In this document: positions 23,707 to 38,453 of the stretch, one piece after another | How the letters are laid out: every line of letters begins with the position of its first letter | Numbering within the stretch: position 1 is the stretch's first letter | NCBI GenBank assembly: GCA_023231475.1 | Contig: JALJEE010000499.1 | Location: forward strand, 1 to 53,388 | Direction of reading: 5' to 3' | Source: Seison nebaliae | Lineage: Eukaryota | DNA: 53,388 bases | Made by a program: the position numbers and the translations under genes | The notes under the pieces: generated by a model | Database searches by the model: none | What the model saw: only the letters and a program-made list of their open reading frames with translations | What the model was told of the DNA's origin: nothing

Positions 23707-24319
23707 GATTTCCTTCCTTTCCAACCAAATGAAAAATGGAAATTAGTATAAATTGAAAATTGTTTAAAAATTTCACCTGAAACTGAACACTTTGTTTAAA
23801 ATTAATCAAAAATTTAATTTTAATGTTTTTTTGTTATCGAATTATCAGTTTATGATTTTACAGAATTTTTATTTTCATATATTATAACATCATAACAGAA
23901 GACAGACTTTTAATAGCTTCACTAAAATTCACTATTCAGTTTTCCCCTTTGGAATTAGTTTATACTCCGAAAAAATCATATTACTACAAAACTGCGAGAT
24001 AAATTGTCTTGTAGAGTGATTTTACTCTGATGGTTCAGAATTTTGATCTTTTAAAGAATTCTTTTCGGTGTTTTTAAGTTTAAAATAAGCCAATCAAATC
24101 AAAATTATACATAACTTCCGACTGTCATGAATGATGTACATAAATTGAAATGAAATAAATAATTAAAATAAATATAAACTGTGTGAACATCTTTAATTTT
24201 TTATGATGCTCTGTACGATTCCTTAACGAAATTCTCTTTAAGAAAATCCATTTTAAATTTTCATTTTTTTGAAACTGACTGTTAGAGATTTGCAGTTCAT
24301 CATTAAATTAAATTTCACA

Positions 24320-25256
24320 ATGCAATCGATTACGAAAAATGATGATGTTGAATTCAATCAATCGAGCAATCTTCATGAAGATGTAAAATTGGAACTTGTC
24401 GAAAATAAAGAACGTTATTATTATGGTAAATTATGATATTTTTATTTTTTTTTCTAGAGTCTCAACTGAATTCGGATTACAATGTTGATTCAGCTCATCA
24501 CGAATTAAATAGAAAATCTTTTGTTTCAAATGGACAAATCATAATCACTAGTGGGGCTCATTTATATTTGAATGATATATCTGAAACTGTCAATGAAAGT
24601 AATCCGGTTGAATTGAAAGATGTGAGTAATGTCGAAGAGATTGTTACCAGGAAAGAGAATATAGAGAAACACGAAAGAAACCGCCAAATAAAATATCGAA
24701 AGAAAATAGAAGTTTATAAATTTCTTTTCGTAATTTCCAATTTAAATTATATTTATAGTTCTCTTCCAACTCCTTTCCACCTAATAGAGGTAATTGGGAT
24801 ATGTTAAAATTGAATAAATTAAATGAAATTTCCGAAGCTATAATAAATTTACAAAAAAAACTGAAGGAAACGGATAATTTGAATATTTTTGCGCCAAATT
24901 CGAAAGCCGCTCGATTTGTCGCACAACATTCCCCCAAATTGCGAGAACGGTCAATAAAATTGCTGGAGGTGGAGAAGATAAAAGAACCGAATTTACCTCA
25001 GGAATTCGATCCCTACTTAATGCTACGAAGATATTTGAACTTAAATCACGATAATTTGACGAGAGCATTTGGTAAAAGAGCGAGAGACGCTTCTAGTGAA
25101 CCAATACATTCGTCAAAACTGATTAAAAATGATCACCATTTCAAAATGGAGAAGAGAGCAACAATGAAATACGAATCTGACGTAGAATTGGAAGATGCTG
25201 ACAAGCAGTTTGAACTAATTCATTTTCAAGCATTCGGACCCGAATCAAAACGGTGA
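24320..25256 (+). CDS. Hypothetical protein (no recognised domain), at least 3 exons
   Basis: ATG at 24320 and two GTT...TAG introns join three open frames. The 3' end is uncertain; a further intron could extend it to about 25308. Confidence 0.55.
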
Positions 25257-25680
25257 AATATTTAACAGTTATCAAATATTGGCGACTTCGGTATGTCGAC
25301 TGGGTTGAATCTTAATTACAACTGTGTCAATAGAATTAGAATTTTAAAAAAATTTCGGAATTGATGAAAAAACTGTTCCGTTGGCATAGTTCTGATTATG
25401 ATTTACAATTTCACTTCTATTATATGAAATATGCAACAAAAAACCCATTTATGAAGGAATATGAAATTAAAAATTTTCTTAATTAGTTTACGAATCCAGT
25501 TCTGTGAATTTTTCTCCATCCGTTCAACATATTATTCTTTCAGACTAAAATCTTTCAATTTTGTTATTAATATAATATATATCACCCAGATTTCCTATTT
25601 AAAGATTCTAATAAATTTATTTCACAAAAAAAATAATAATTTCATAATAGTTCTCTTCTTATATGAATATGCCAAAAAAA

Positions 25681-28600
25681 TTATCTTAAACTTTTCCTGT
25701 GTTGATTTGTGGAGGAAATTAAACTTTTAATTTCATCAATTGCTGATATTTCGAACGTCGACATATTTACTTCTTCATTCGATAAGGACTCCGATTCAGA
25801 AGAAGCGGTTTTGTTATTATTGAAAAATCTCATATTTAATTCGGATCCAACCGTCTTCAATTTAAATTTCTATTTAAAATTAAATTTGTTATTTTCGAAT
25901 AAATCGAATAAAAAAACTTTTTTCACTTTCTCCCGTTTATGTTTCATATGCCACGAAAATTCGAGACATGCCATGATAAATCCAATTCCAATTCCAACAC
26001 AGAGAATCAGAAAAACTCCTCCAACATTCGCTAGACCTAAAGTTGTGGCATCATCGGTTTCACTCGTATCTTGAGAGATACATTTACCACCGCCTTTCTT
26101 CTTCTTCCACCATAAATTATAAAGTGATTGAATGTCTCCCATTTCTTGCATTTGTAATATACGATCGGAAAGTATATCTCTGAATGGTGAATCTATTTGG
26201 GATGAATATGAAATATTATTTGAAGAATAAAAGAAACTTGTTGGTGTTCCGATACCATATCCTTTCGACGCCAACAATCCTCCCACTTGAGTTAATTCGC
26301 AATCTCGTTGTATCATATAATTGATGGTTTTTGATTCCATAATAAATGCATATTTCCCTTCTTTAACTCGACGGAAACCTTCGCCATTACTTGGAACGAA
26401 ACAATCGGAACATTTCGCCATAAAATTATACATTCTTTCATACGTTGGTATTCGAGATTCCTTCGACGAATGAAATTATGAAATTTAAATAATAACAAAT
26501 AATTAATAACAATAAAAAATGATTGAGAAGATCCACCACGTAATGCTCCATATTTAATTTCAGTTTGTTTAGCTAAATCTTCCGCTCCCCGAATAGGCAA
26601 TTGCATTCGATTGGATGTGAGAAATGCGGCCAAATTTGCAGTATAAGATGAAACGATAATGAGACAGAAGAACCACCAGAAACCGCATAATAATCTCGTT
26701 GAGAATGCACGAATTGGAATTTCTGAACCTTGCTGCATAAAACAACCTAAATTGAACCAGAGAGCATTTAATAAAGTGATTTGATTTGTATCATCAATTT
26801 CTTCTGCTGAACAAGATTCAGGATTGTACCATTCGTAAGGAGAGAAACGAGCAATGATAAATAAACCAAAACTTATTCCTAAATATGCCGCCACAATATA
26901 TAACCAGATGTTGATAGAAAATGGTGATAAGAAGGAAAATAAATTTGAAGATTTCTTTTTACTTTTTTTAAAAAGAATTCCAATTCCAGATTCGAAAAAC
27001 GGTTTCGTAAAATCGATCACTTGTTCACGACTTAACGTTATGGTGAGATCACTTATGGCTAAATCAGCTTTCTAAAACAGATGAATTTCCGGGGAAATTA
27101 GAAAGTGAACGAACTCTTGTCATTAATTCGTGAATCATTCCATTCCAAACTTTTGGATTATTCTTCAACGGTTGTCCATGTTTTCCATCTTCAACTTGTT
27201 TAAATCGATAATTGAAAATGAAGTCATCTTTCTTCATTAATTCTTTTATTCTCAGAAATAAATCAACAGCAAATCCTTCAAATCGTTCATTATCTTTATA
27301 TTTATATGAATCATTCTTCAACATAATATATGGTTCAGTCTTGAAAATTTTCATAAAAATATCATAAAATTTCATTTATATTTAAATAATTATTAACAAG
27401 TTTCACTGACACAATCAATGTCATATTAGCCAAATACTCTTTTGTTATAATAACGTCTTCATTATAATTCCTTTCCAATAATACCGAATCTTTATTCACG
27501 GTTCCCAGTGAACGGAATTTCGAATATCTCAATTCCAAAACTTCGAATTCCACTTTCTTTAACGACATTCCACTTAATTTCCCATTAAAATTCTAAATTT
27601 AAATTACATTAAGAAATTAAATAAATAAATTAACGTTCATTTTAATCGTCTCCAGAAATCCATGGCCATATTTCCACGGTTTTAATTTGAGACAGGATAA
27701 TTTCTCGTCAAAACTAATTTGGGACTTGAGGACGATGTCCAACAAATAATTTCCCAGATCTAACAACAAAGAATGATTTAACTATTATGAAATAATTTAA
27801 CAATTCTAGATAATTTCATGAATATAACATATAACGAAAATGATGAAAATTTCTCAAATGTCGGAATTTTTGGATTATGTCCATTTCTTATATATTTCCC
27901 CATCGATTCCCCATACCATCGAACATAATTCGTATCGGAACGTTTCAATCTCAATACTGTTATATTTCCAATTGTATTATGGAAAGAATTCCAATTCATT
28001 GTGACAGAATCCTTTAAGAGAAATTTGTATTTTGAAAAGTTAAAAATTTCATTACTAAACTAAATTGACAATAAGATATTTTCGATAATTGTTGATTAAT
28101 TTACGTTTTAATGCCATTTCCATAATACTTCTCGTATTCTCATAATTGCAGTCGATGACTACCTGATTCTCCGTTGACTTCTCAATCAAATCAAATATGA
28201 AATCTTCATTCCCATTATATTCAAGACTGCTCAATATCGTTCCTTTTAGATCGATACGGAATGAGATCATTCGAGCAAATGAAACTGTATCATCAAAAAT
28301 ATAAAGAATTTCTTTCCATCGAAATTCTCTTAATAAGTTTTGCAGACTTTGTCTCACAACATCATATGATGGATATAAGGAAATGAAATAGTTCTGATCC
28401 AATACTAAATAATCAATATGGAAACAAGGAATATGGAAATTTTTGCAAATTGATGATAATTGAATTGCCGCTGGATTACCCACATTAGTTACGATTGCTG
28501 TGACACCTTTTGATAAGAGTTTACACACTAAAATGGAAATAAAAATTTGAAATATTTGTAAGAGAATCGAATGGTGAACTTGCACGATATGCTTTATATG

Positions 28601-28811
28601 CATTCCATGATTCAACATAATCGATAAAGAAAGAAATATTTTTAATTTTCGTGCTTGATTGATGTAATAATTTTGTTTGTTCATTCAATAAAGTTAGAGT
28701 ATAATCGATGGCATTCCGATCGTGAACATTATTTGATTTGAGTATAAATCCAATTTTGAATGAAAAGATCGGATTGATAATGAAGAGAATTAAAAGAAGA
28801 TACTTAATCAT
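25681..28811 (-). CDS. Ionotropic glutamate receptor, kainate/AMPA-like, multi-exon
   Basis: Signal peptide and ATD; RFEGFAVDL, WNGMIHEL, IDFTKPF, RFSPYEWYNP, M2 FMQQGS, M3 SYTANLAAFLT, LAKQTEIKYG, CELTQVGGLL, M4 LGLANVGGVF. Confidence 0.95.
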
Positions 28812-29624
28812 TCTTATAAACTTTCTTGTTATTGTTTGAAATATGTTTTATCTTGGAAAGAAGCATATTAAATGGAAGAAGATCTCCTGCTAAGATGAAA
28901 ACTAACAAAAATGGAAATATAAAAGTTTTTGAGTGTTCTCCATTGAAAGGCGTCTAAGCTCTTGAATGTGGGAACGCTTCGAATATTTTCATTCGGAACG
29001 TAATAGAACCAACTTAACCTAATTATCATGGAAGTAAAATAATTCGTCTTTTCTCTTATTATTAAATGTGATTGTATATTTTCTTTATTGAACACACATT
29101 TGTGAATGATATAAATTGACGAACATTTATGTTTTCATTAGATGTTCTGTATGAATGGAATCAAACGAAAATAAATATAATTCCACATTAATTACTTTCA
29201 CATTTTCAGAAAAATACCTTTCCAAATTATTTCACTTTCGTCGTCGGTCACTGTACGAATTAATAGGAAGTAAATCAATTCTTCATCTCTTTTATTCTCA
29301 ATTAATCAATACACTTCCTCTCACAATTCTGTTAGACATTTCCAATTAATCGATTGCTCATTTTTAGGAATGAACATTTAAAAATAAAACAAATTCTTCA
29401 CAATAAATATTAGTGATAAATCAATAATTATCAATTTAAGTTATTTTTCTTAAAGAAATCAAATCAAATTTTTTGTAAAACCATTAACGATTTAAAATCA
29501 ATTTTAATTCAACTTTGCGACATGTTGGTTCGAATGAAAATAAAAGTTTTAAAAGAATTGAAAATTTATTTTATGCTAAATAAACGATTAGATTAAATCT
29601 GATTATTTTTTCCATTTAATTCGT

Positions 29625-32600
29625 TTATAAATCGAAATGCATCCTTTTCATGACGGCATCAATATTTGCCTGTTGACGTTTAGCCATTTGGTGACGGAAT
29701 CGTCGCATTGTGTCACAGTTCAACATTTGTGCTTTGGAATGAGTTGATTTGGGGATTTTTTCGAATGTCGCTGCATCAACACATTCGGGATGATAGATCG
29801 TGTTCATTAATGGAAGATTATCTGATTCTGGAGTGACTAAAATCTGTGAAAGAGAAATCAATTTGATTTGTTTCATATGAGAGAAAATGAACTTCGGTTT
29901 TGGAACAAGCGATGACTGTAGTATCGTTCTTCAACGTACCATCTCGACCATAATTACATTGGATTACACTCTCACAATCATCAGGAGATCGGACATATAA
30001 TTTATAGTTCTGTTGAATATGACTCGCATCTTCATCTAATTCTAATGGACATTGGAATTGTTCGTCTTGGTATTCGGGTGGTAAGTCAGACATAGCCCGA
30101 TAATGAGTTGTATGATATTCTAATAAAGAGATTGAAAAGAGAGAATTTGAATAAATGAATTAACTAGAAATTGCATTACAAGAGAATGATCCACATGGTG
30201 AACAACATTTGGTCTTCTCATTGAAATGTTCTCCGGGTGGACAAACATGAGAATGATGGAAGCCTTGACTACAAATGACATACTTTCGGCAATCCAATGG
30301 ATGTGCGTAATAACCGTCTGGACGTCCACAACATGAGAATGCTGATTAAAAGGATAAAAATTGAAATTATAATTGAAATTAGTAGATGAAAGTACGAACA
30401 CCAGCAATTAGAGCCAGACCATCCAAAATTACAATTGTTTGGTCGACAAGCGGGTTGAACAGGTGCGATAGGTTTTGGTGGTGGTTTTGGATGTACATTA
30501 CAAATTCCAGTGACTGGACTACATCCGACTTGACATAATCCACATTTCTTAGCACAACCATATCCGCATGTGCCGACATTACATTCTTGAAATAGAATAT
30601 GATATTTTTCCTTGTTACTGATGAGACTAACGGTTGTAACAACTACTTCCAGTCCATCCTGCAATACATCCTGATGGGCATTGACCAGTGAATGTATCAC
30701 ATTGAACACCACCATTACAGTTGCATGGTTGGTCACAATATTTACCCCATTTCCCATTCTTACAGACTATAAGAAAGAAGAGAAATATTAACCATTATAA
30801 AAGTAGAAGGAAAGAAACGTTTAAGATATGATGCATCAAATTTAAATGTAGTTTCTTTTTGGAGTTCGAATGTTGTTTGGTTGCAGAAACAATCCGTTTT
30901 AGTTCGAATGATCTTTCGGTTGGTGACGGTGGTAATACCGAAATACAATTTCTTAGTGGCACATGGTTCGTATTTGATGAGTTTATTGCAATTGTTGTCT
31001 AATAAAAATAATTGATTAAATTATTTTCTTATATTTCAAATCTAACCATTGACACAAGCCACTTCCTTCATATACCAGATAATGACGGACATTTGTCTTG
31101 CTCCTTTGCAACTTGTTTGGACTTTCCAATCTCGACAATGATATTCTCGATTTGGCCAATGGTTACGATCTCGGTCAGATATGAATGCAAGAACTGATTG
31201 TTTTCCTGCTTCATAATCATTCAATGCTGCATAACAATCCGTTTGTAAAGTTAACTAAATAATGGAGTTATATATGTGTGTTGAGCTTGTGATAAAGTAT
31301 TAACTGTCAATTCAATAGCTCTCACATTTCCTGACATAGATACCGGTACGTAAATTCTACCAAATAAATATTCACCAGTTAAAATGGTTCTGTCATTGAT
31401 ACAGTTCACCGATCCAGTAGATAACATAGGCCATACAATATGAGCTTTACAGATTTGTTCTTTCATTGTCAAATGGACAAATGTTTGAGCGGCGAATCGT
31501 TGAGTGATGAAGTGAGATGGTTCTTGAGTATCACCAAAAACTTGATCACGGAAACCTTGAGTATCATAATCATTTCTCAAATTGACAACGGACAAATCTA
31601 CTCCACTTGACAAGAGTTTTTCTCTCAAATTATGATATTGGACTTGATTCACCCATGTAGTAGTGGTGAGACCTTGACTGGTTAACAAGACAATCTTTTT
31701 AGCGTGTCCAGATCGGCCAAATGCATTTAATCGGTCGACAGCTCGACAGATGGCATCATGATGATGACAACTTTCGGCACAACATCCTTGATGTCTAAGT
31801 GAGAATTTTTTCATTTTTTCTTCGACTTTCATTCTTAATTCTTCTCCGATCGATCGTTTAGACTGCCATTTATCCGTCAACTGAACAACTTCTTCGATTT
31901 CCTTTTCGGCATAAATCATGAAAGAAACTCTCGTTTGAGTATCCCAAATTTCGAGATGATGATTGTGTTCTCTATCGTCTAACCACGTGAGAAAATTGTG
32001 AAGATCATTCTCCAAATAATCTTTCGCGTAACATACATCAATTACAAAGATCACATCAGGATATTGTGTGCATTCTATGTTTGAAATTAGGTATTAAATC
32101 TTAAAATTTAAAATGATAATTTTAAACTTTCTAATTCGTTCATGAAATCGTAATTGTCGGCATCATAAATTTTTCCAAGATTTGATTCTGGTAATTCATT
32201 CGATACTTGTCTAAATTTCCAATAGGTTGAGAATTGATAGTCGCTATTTTCCGTAAATCGAGCAATGATCTCATTTGTCCATTTTTGATGAAGGATATAA
32301 TTCGCTGATAATGAGGCGAGATATGGGAAGTTATTCGGGTTAATTTGATTAAACATTGGGACAGTTTCAAATCCACAATCACATGCAAATTGATTGATTT
32401 CTTGCGAAGAAATTCCACAATTGTAAATCTGAAATAATATTAATTTTATTTATGGGAATTCTGAAAAGAACCGCATACAAATTGCTTTGAGTTTCAAAAC
32501 AAAGAGACATCATCCATTCGACTCGTCTTAAATAATGAGTAATATCTGCATATTTGTCTGCACATTTCAATTGTTTCGAATACATTTTATGGAAAGAAGC

Positions 32601-33944
32601 CCATACCAAGTCGTAATATTGTGATAATGTGTATTCGTTCATGGTATAATCGATTAAAGTATTATCGTAGAAGTTTTGACATCCACAACAACCAGTTGCT
32701 TCACATGGTTTACATTGAGGTGGTGGTGTGGTGATGCATGGTGGTGGTCGTGTTGGTGGGACGGTGCATGGTGTTGTTTCAGGTTTCTCGCAACAAACGT
32801 CTCGACAATCAACAGCTGCTGAAATCCAATCTAGTCCTAAGGTTGAGAAATGAAAAGTTGTTTTAAACTTTCAAATTAAAATGATCAAATGAGAACCATG
32901 TGATCTCTGACATTGTTTAGTGAACCAGCTATTTGCGTCGGGTAAATTGGAACATGCGTCAGGACAAGTTTGTTGTCTTATCGGTCGATAAATCGTTCGA
33001 ATTTTAACATCAAGTTCCAATACGGCACTGGATTGTGAACCTCTCAATTTCAATTTGTAATTGTATTCTTTCTTATGACTATCTGCCAATCGACCGACCG
33101 CTAATTTATCTAACACCTGATTATCGAAATGTACTTGACAATATGTCTCGTTCATTGTAGTAGACAAATCGCATCCAGCATCTAAAGATTTGAGGATATC
33201 ACCGTCTATATCTGTTTCTCCTTCTCCAAATTCGAATGACGGTATCAATTTCTCATCGGAGAAATGTTCAAATCGGAATTTGCCCATTGACACACCTTTG
33301 CAGTTATCCAAAAATACTGATTTTGGTTCAATCTAAATGAAATAATAATGAAATAAACAGAAATTAATTATTAAATAATTATTAACTGGATCTACTTCAC
33401 AGTCGATAATTTTGGATTCGGGTGCATTTAACCATTTGATTTCTGGTTTTTTCGGTTGGTAGTACAAATATTCCTTTGGATTGTACTATAAATGAGAGAC
33501 ATTAAATAATTTTTATTTGTCGCAAAACTTATTTTAACTTTATCATAACATTTGAATTCAGGAACCAATTCTTTGTTCTAAACAATAATAATTGTCTATT
33601 TGGGCTAATAAGTGAATAGACTAACAAAATCGAGAAGAATCTTCCCATTCGACATTGACATGCCGATGCATCTCCAACTAGACTTTAGATGAATGGCACA
33701 CATTTCTACATGAAAATAAAATGTTACTTTTAAGAACTCGTAAGTTGTTAGTAACCATTTTTCTGCAACGGAAACACAGTCGCGACATTGCTTTTCCAGC
33801 TAAGTCGACAGGGACTATAATGGACTCGATCTAGAAGATTTTCATTAGATAATAGTTATCTAATAAATGTTAATTCTAACGATGTGCTATATAAGCAAAT
33901 GTACTTGATACGAGACCAATTAATAGAATGGCCAATTTCATCAT
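29625..33944 (-). CDS. Large secreted modular protein A: Cys-rich N-terminus, Pro/Thr hinge, vWA-like, EGF-like repeats, two chitin-binding (CBM14/peritrophin-A) modules; many exons
   Basis: Signal MMKLAILLIGLVSSTFA; PDVIFVID...KKIVLLTSQG vWA strands; CPSGCIAGW and CGYGCAKKCGLC EGF-like; CGRPDGYYAHPLDCRKYVICSQG...CPPGEHFNEKTKCC CBM14 at about 30177-30340. Confidence 0.78.
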
Positions 33945-34193
33945 TATTCAATCTTTTTAATTCTCTTAAATTTCTTCTCAGGCTTTTATATTCGCTATAT
34001 TTATGTTAAGGTCAGAGGGCAAGTAAACGTCCGTCAAGGGGATTTCCTTCGACAATAAATGGTACGAGTTCGATTCTGCTTAATCTTCATACCTTCAGAT
34101 TATTTATGAGTAAAGTTCATCCAATCTTATGTAAACATTAGATTGTATTTAATGGAACACTTCCGTGACAATATCTCAAAAAGAATATTCATA
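33945..34193. promoter_or_regulatory. 249-bp bidirectional promoter region
   Basis: Lies between two divergent ATGs. Contains TATAAAAG on the minus strand (33983-33990), GGGGATTTCC (34038-34047) and GTAAACA (34131-34137). Confidence 0.6.
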
Positions 34194-37100
34194 ATGAAAT
34201 CGATGAATTCAGCCATTTGGCTGTTGACAACAGTATTAGTCGGATCATTAGGTAATAAACTTATTTTATCTTTCATCCTAATCTAATGTAAAATTTTATA
34301 CAGTTCAATCTGCGTATGGAAATAATGCATGTGAAGTCGCTCGAATTACATTGGATCGACGAGTCGTATATTTGAGTTATTTTACTCCTATTTTTCGCTG
34401 GTGAACTATAACGATCATGTTCTAGATCGAATATTAAAAGAATGTACATTGACCGCCAAAGACATTGTCAGTGACGAAATGAGTAATTGTAGACGATTTG
34501 AGATCGATCTACCCGGTGCCACAGAAGATAAGATTCACATTACTACGCACTCAGTTAGATTAGAAGAAATTAAGGAAATTATCATTCTTTTTATCGTAAT
34601 TAGCGGCCAAGTTTCCGAGTTCAATGTACTTCCGGTGGAAATATCCAGGTTCATCTCGTAAGATTCCACCGAAAACTATATTTTTTGCTTTTACGTTATC
34701 TTTTCAGTACAAAGTTGAAATTAAACAAATCACATTGTTCATCAAGGAATTGGACGAGAAATCACCTCGAATCGACTGCAATTCAAAGAGAGTTTATTAA
34801 ATATCTGTTCTTCCAATTATATTCATTTCAATTGTTCCATTTTTAGTACATTGCTCCAGGAACTGAAGTTCCCGGATGTTATGACAAAGAAGGTCGAGAT
34901 GCAAACGGTGGATTCCACGTGTACTCGTCACCTGAAGTGGAAATAGAAAAAATATTTTTACCTGGTGAAAGCCGAAAAAACTCTATCGATACTCAAATTA
35001 TGCCTTCTTATGAAGTGATGGAAAACAACGAGAAACTCAAGGTCACACCATTCTTCTTATTTGTCGGAAAGGAATTCTATCGACATGGTTCACAACACTC
35101 TATGTACAAATTCGCAGACAATTTGAACATTAAAGTTCAATTTTTCTGATTTTATCTCTTCAATTTATTTTTTCAATTGATTTCTAGTGTAATTTTGGTA
35201 ATTCTTGTTATCAAGACTTCTGTGTGCCATGTTCTTTTAATGTACGTCCCGAACCGGGAATGTGTAGTTCATCAGCTGGATATAACTGTTCAAATTCTTT
35301 CTGTCAATGGGCTGCTACATCAAACCAACAGTGCCGTCATTCACGTTAACTTTCTCAAAACATTTTGATTTATATCGGATAATTTAATAATTGTAGCGAG
35401 TGTATGTTTAGAAGAAGTGTGTCAAATTAAACCTCATTGTGTATATACGTGCAAGTGTAATGCCATTGTTGATCTGACTGTTAATGTTGAAACTTGTGGT
35501 GCAATTGCCGTCGAGGCTGTCTTAGAAAAAGTATCGAATTTACATCCGTTAATTTTCACATGATATGGTTTTTAATTACATTTTCAATTTCAGAGAATTT
35601 TGTGTTGATCAATATCAAATGATGTTGTGGGCTTGGATCCAAACATTATCGAAGAATCCATGCAAATCCTGTGGAGGTATTTGGGGAGTTAATTATTTAA
35701 AATTTTCTTCCATTATTCTAATTCTTCAATAAATTAGATCACTAAAGATGAATTTAATTCGTATGGAAATCATCCAATTTGTCGAAGCTATTCTCATATT
35801 AATTATGAGGATTTAGATAAACCTTTCTATTCCGGAATTTGGGCATCAGCTAAAGCCATGTCAATGGGTCATGGATCAATCGATGATTTAGTCACACCAA
35901 ATGCCGTTGTACATCCAGCATATCGACCACAATACGAAGAATTATTCAACCGAGAACGAGGATGCCCAAATCGTCCACATGTCAGAATCGCATTAGATAA
36001 TTTGGGATGGGAATCAGAATCATCTTACAGACGACAAACGAATTTGGTAAAGGGATTCGTCGATAAGATGTACATCGATAACAGTTTCTTTTCTTATTCT
36101 CAACGTAATTGAATTAAATTTTTAAAAATATAAAGATGAAGCGAAAATCGAAATGTTTGTTATGGAACATGGATTAAAGAGAGCATTCTCCATCGGATTA
36201 GGAAAAGAACGAGAAGACAACAAAGAACAAGTTCGACAAGCTCATCAAACATTGGACGGTTTGAACCATCGAAGAATGGAAATGAGAAGTGATATGGCTC
36301 ATATGAATTTGGAAGAAGCAATTATGGATTTCGAGAAAATAGATACAAGTTAAATTTTAATTTTTGCATTTTTTGAAATTGCTGGAAATCGCTTAAATTT
36401 TAGCCGCACCAAAAGTTCTCGTTATCGTACCAAAATCAGAAGCATTCGCTTCAAAGAAATGGACAGCATTCGCTGAAGAACATGGAGTAACATTGGTCGT
36501 TGTTTCAGGAAATCAAGCTCATGAACGAATGGTTCATTCACCAACTCGACACTTTATCGGATCAAATTCAATGAAAGATTGGTCTTCCATTTGTTGGGGA
36601 CTCCAAACGGCTGTATGTCAAGCACCGAGAATTTATTGTGTTGCCGACGGACAAACAGGAGACATTTGTATTCAAGGTGAATATAATCCATTAGCTGACT
36701 TCAAAATTGTCATTCGAAATTGGCAACAATACAGTATGAAATATGAATTGAATGTTGGAGGAAAAATCATGGCTGGTAACCAAGTGGCTTACACATGTAC
36801 TAAGATTGATAATCCATTTATTAATAGTCATTATTATCCAACTCCATTGGACAAACACGCCATTCTTTTCGAATCTATTGGTTTATTATTATTATCATTT
36901 TCAAATTCTCTATATTTTTTTATGGATTTTAGGTGGATCAATTACATTTTGTATTAAGAAAGATATGAATATCGGATCATCTCTCAAAGTAACTGGAGGA
37001 CCAATTGATCTTTGTGAATTACCTTGTTATCGACTTCGTGTTAAAGTCAAATATTCTTTGACAATCAGAGGAAAGGCATGTCCACCTGGCTATTATGGAT

Positions 37101-38245
37101 CGGATTGTACATGTAAATGTAATTGTTTAGATGGTATTTGTGATATGAAAACAGGTTGTTGTGAGAAGAAACTTTGTCAACCTGGATTTTTCGGTCAACA
37201 ATGTGGAACTAGTTAGAAATTAAAATAATTCAAATTAATTAATTCTCCTTCAGCTTGTCCACCATCATCATGGGGACACCAATGTCAACACACTTGCAAC
37301 ACAATTGACGATTCGAATATGTGTCATCATGTATATGGTCCAAAAAAAGATTGCACATGTCAACATGGATATACGACTGAGTCAAAATGTCAAAGTTAAA
37401 TAATTTTTTTTGAAACGATTTGAAATTATAGAAATTTATTGTGATTAGCATGGAATCCAAAACATATCCCGTACAACCGACGAACTGGATCACCATATGA
37501 AGGTGACGTTTACTACATCCAAACTGAGGACAAATTAGTGAGAAAAACTTGTCCATATGACGAATTGTCAAACCGAGCAACAGTTTTCGATGATAAGAAG
37601 GGAATGTGCGTACCAATCGATGAGAGTAGTCTCAATAATGTTGTAGCATTCAGACAAGGTTTAATATTTTTTGTTAATTCTTTTAAATTTGACTCATTTT
37701 CATTCTTAGCTGCTCGACCACTCCCATATATGGAAGATGGAGAATCGCAATTTATTGTGAGCAACTCAAACAATGACACGATTCGACAAATGAGAATTGA
37801 TCAGTTAATGATGCAAGAACATCATGACCAGAAATACTATTTCTGCCCAGACAAATTGGCCGATGGAGAAATTAAACTCGAAGAAGATATTATTATGTAT
37901 CGTCACACTAAAGATTCATGTGAGGGATATCTCCAATGTATGTATGATGGCATCACTGGTAAATTGAAGAAATCGGAAGCTTACTCCTGTCCAACAAATT
38001 CCATCTTCAACATGAAATTGGCAACAAGACAAGAAAATACGGGCTCAGCTCAAACGGGTTGTATCGACAAATCATTAAGTTTCCGATATCGTGTCACATC
38101 AACACATCCGGACAAGGAACGATTACAATGCGATGCCACAGTCGATTATCGAATTGATATGAGAAAATTAAACGCTGGAAATACAAACATGCGAACCATC
38201 TTCGAGAAGAGTACACTCATTAACAGTGTCAATTATCATGTCTAA
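34194..38245 (+). CDS. Large secreted modular protein B, diverged paralog of A (vWA-like, EGF-like, two CBM14-like modules); many exons
   Basis: Signal MKSMNSAIWLLTTVLVGS; PHVRIALD...FVDKM...PKVLVIVP; CPPGYYGSDCTCKCNCLDGICDMKTGCC; CPDKLADG...DSCEGYLQC...SCPTNSIFN. Confidence 0.75.
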
Positions 38246-38453
38246 AATTCTTCAATAAATTTAATGATTAAATAAATTTAATTTTGAATGACAAATTATT
38301 CTTCTATTTATGTTTAGGAAATTAAGAGAAGGAAATTTTCTTTTGTTCATCGAAATATAATTTGAAAAACTTTAATAAATTATTATTCGTTTATTATTAT
38401 TCCTCAGAAAACTTTCATCAATTCTGTTAATTAATCATCAATAATTAATTACA

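Noticed and set aside
25075..25105. RAFGKR as an amidated neuropeptide site in the orphan gene
   Set aside because: Single occurrence and no signal peptide.
34066..34080. GAGTTCGATTC tRNA B-box/T-loop-like motif
   Set aside because: No T-stem pairing, acceptor stem or cloverleaf can be drawn.
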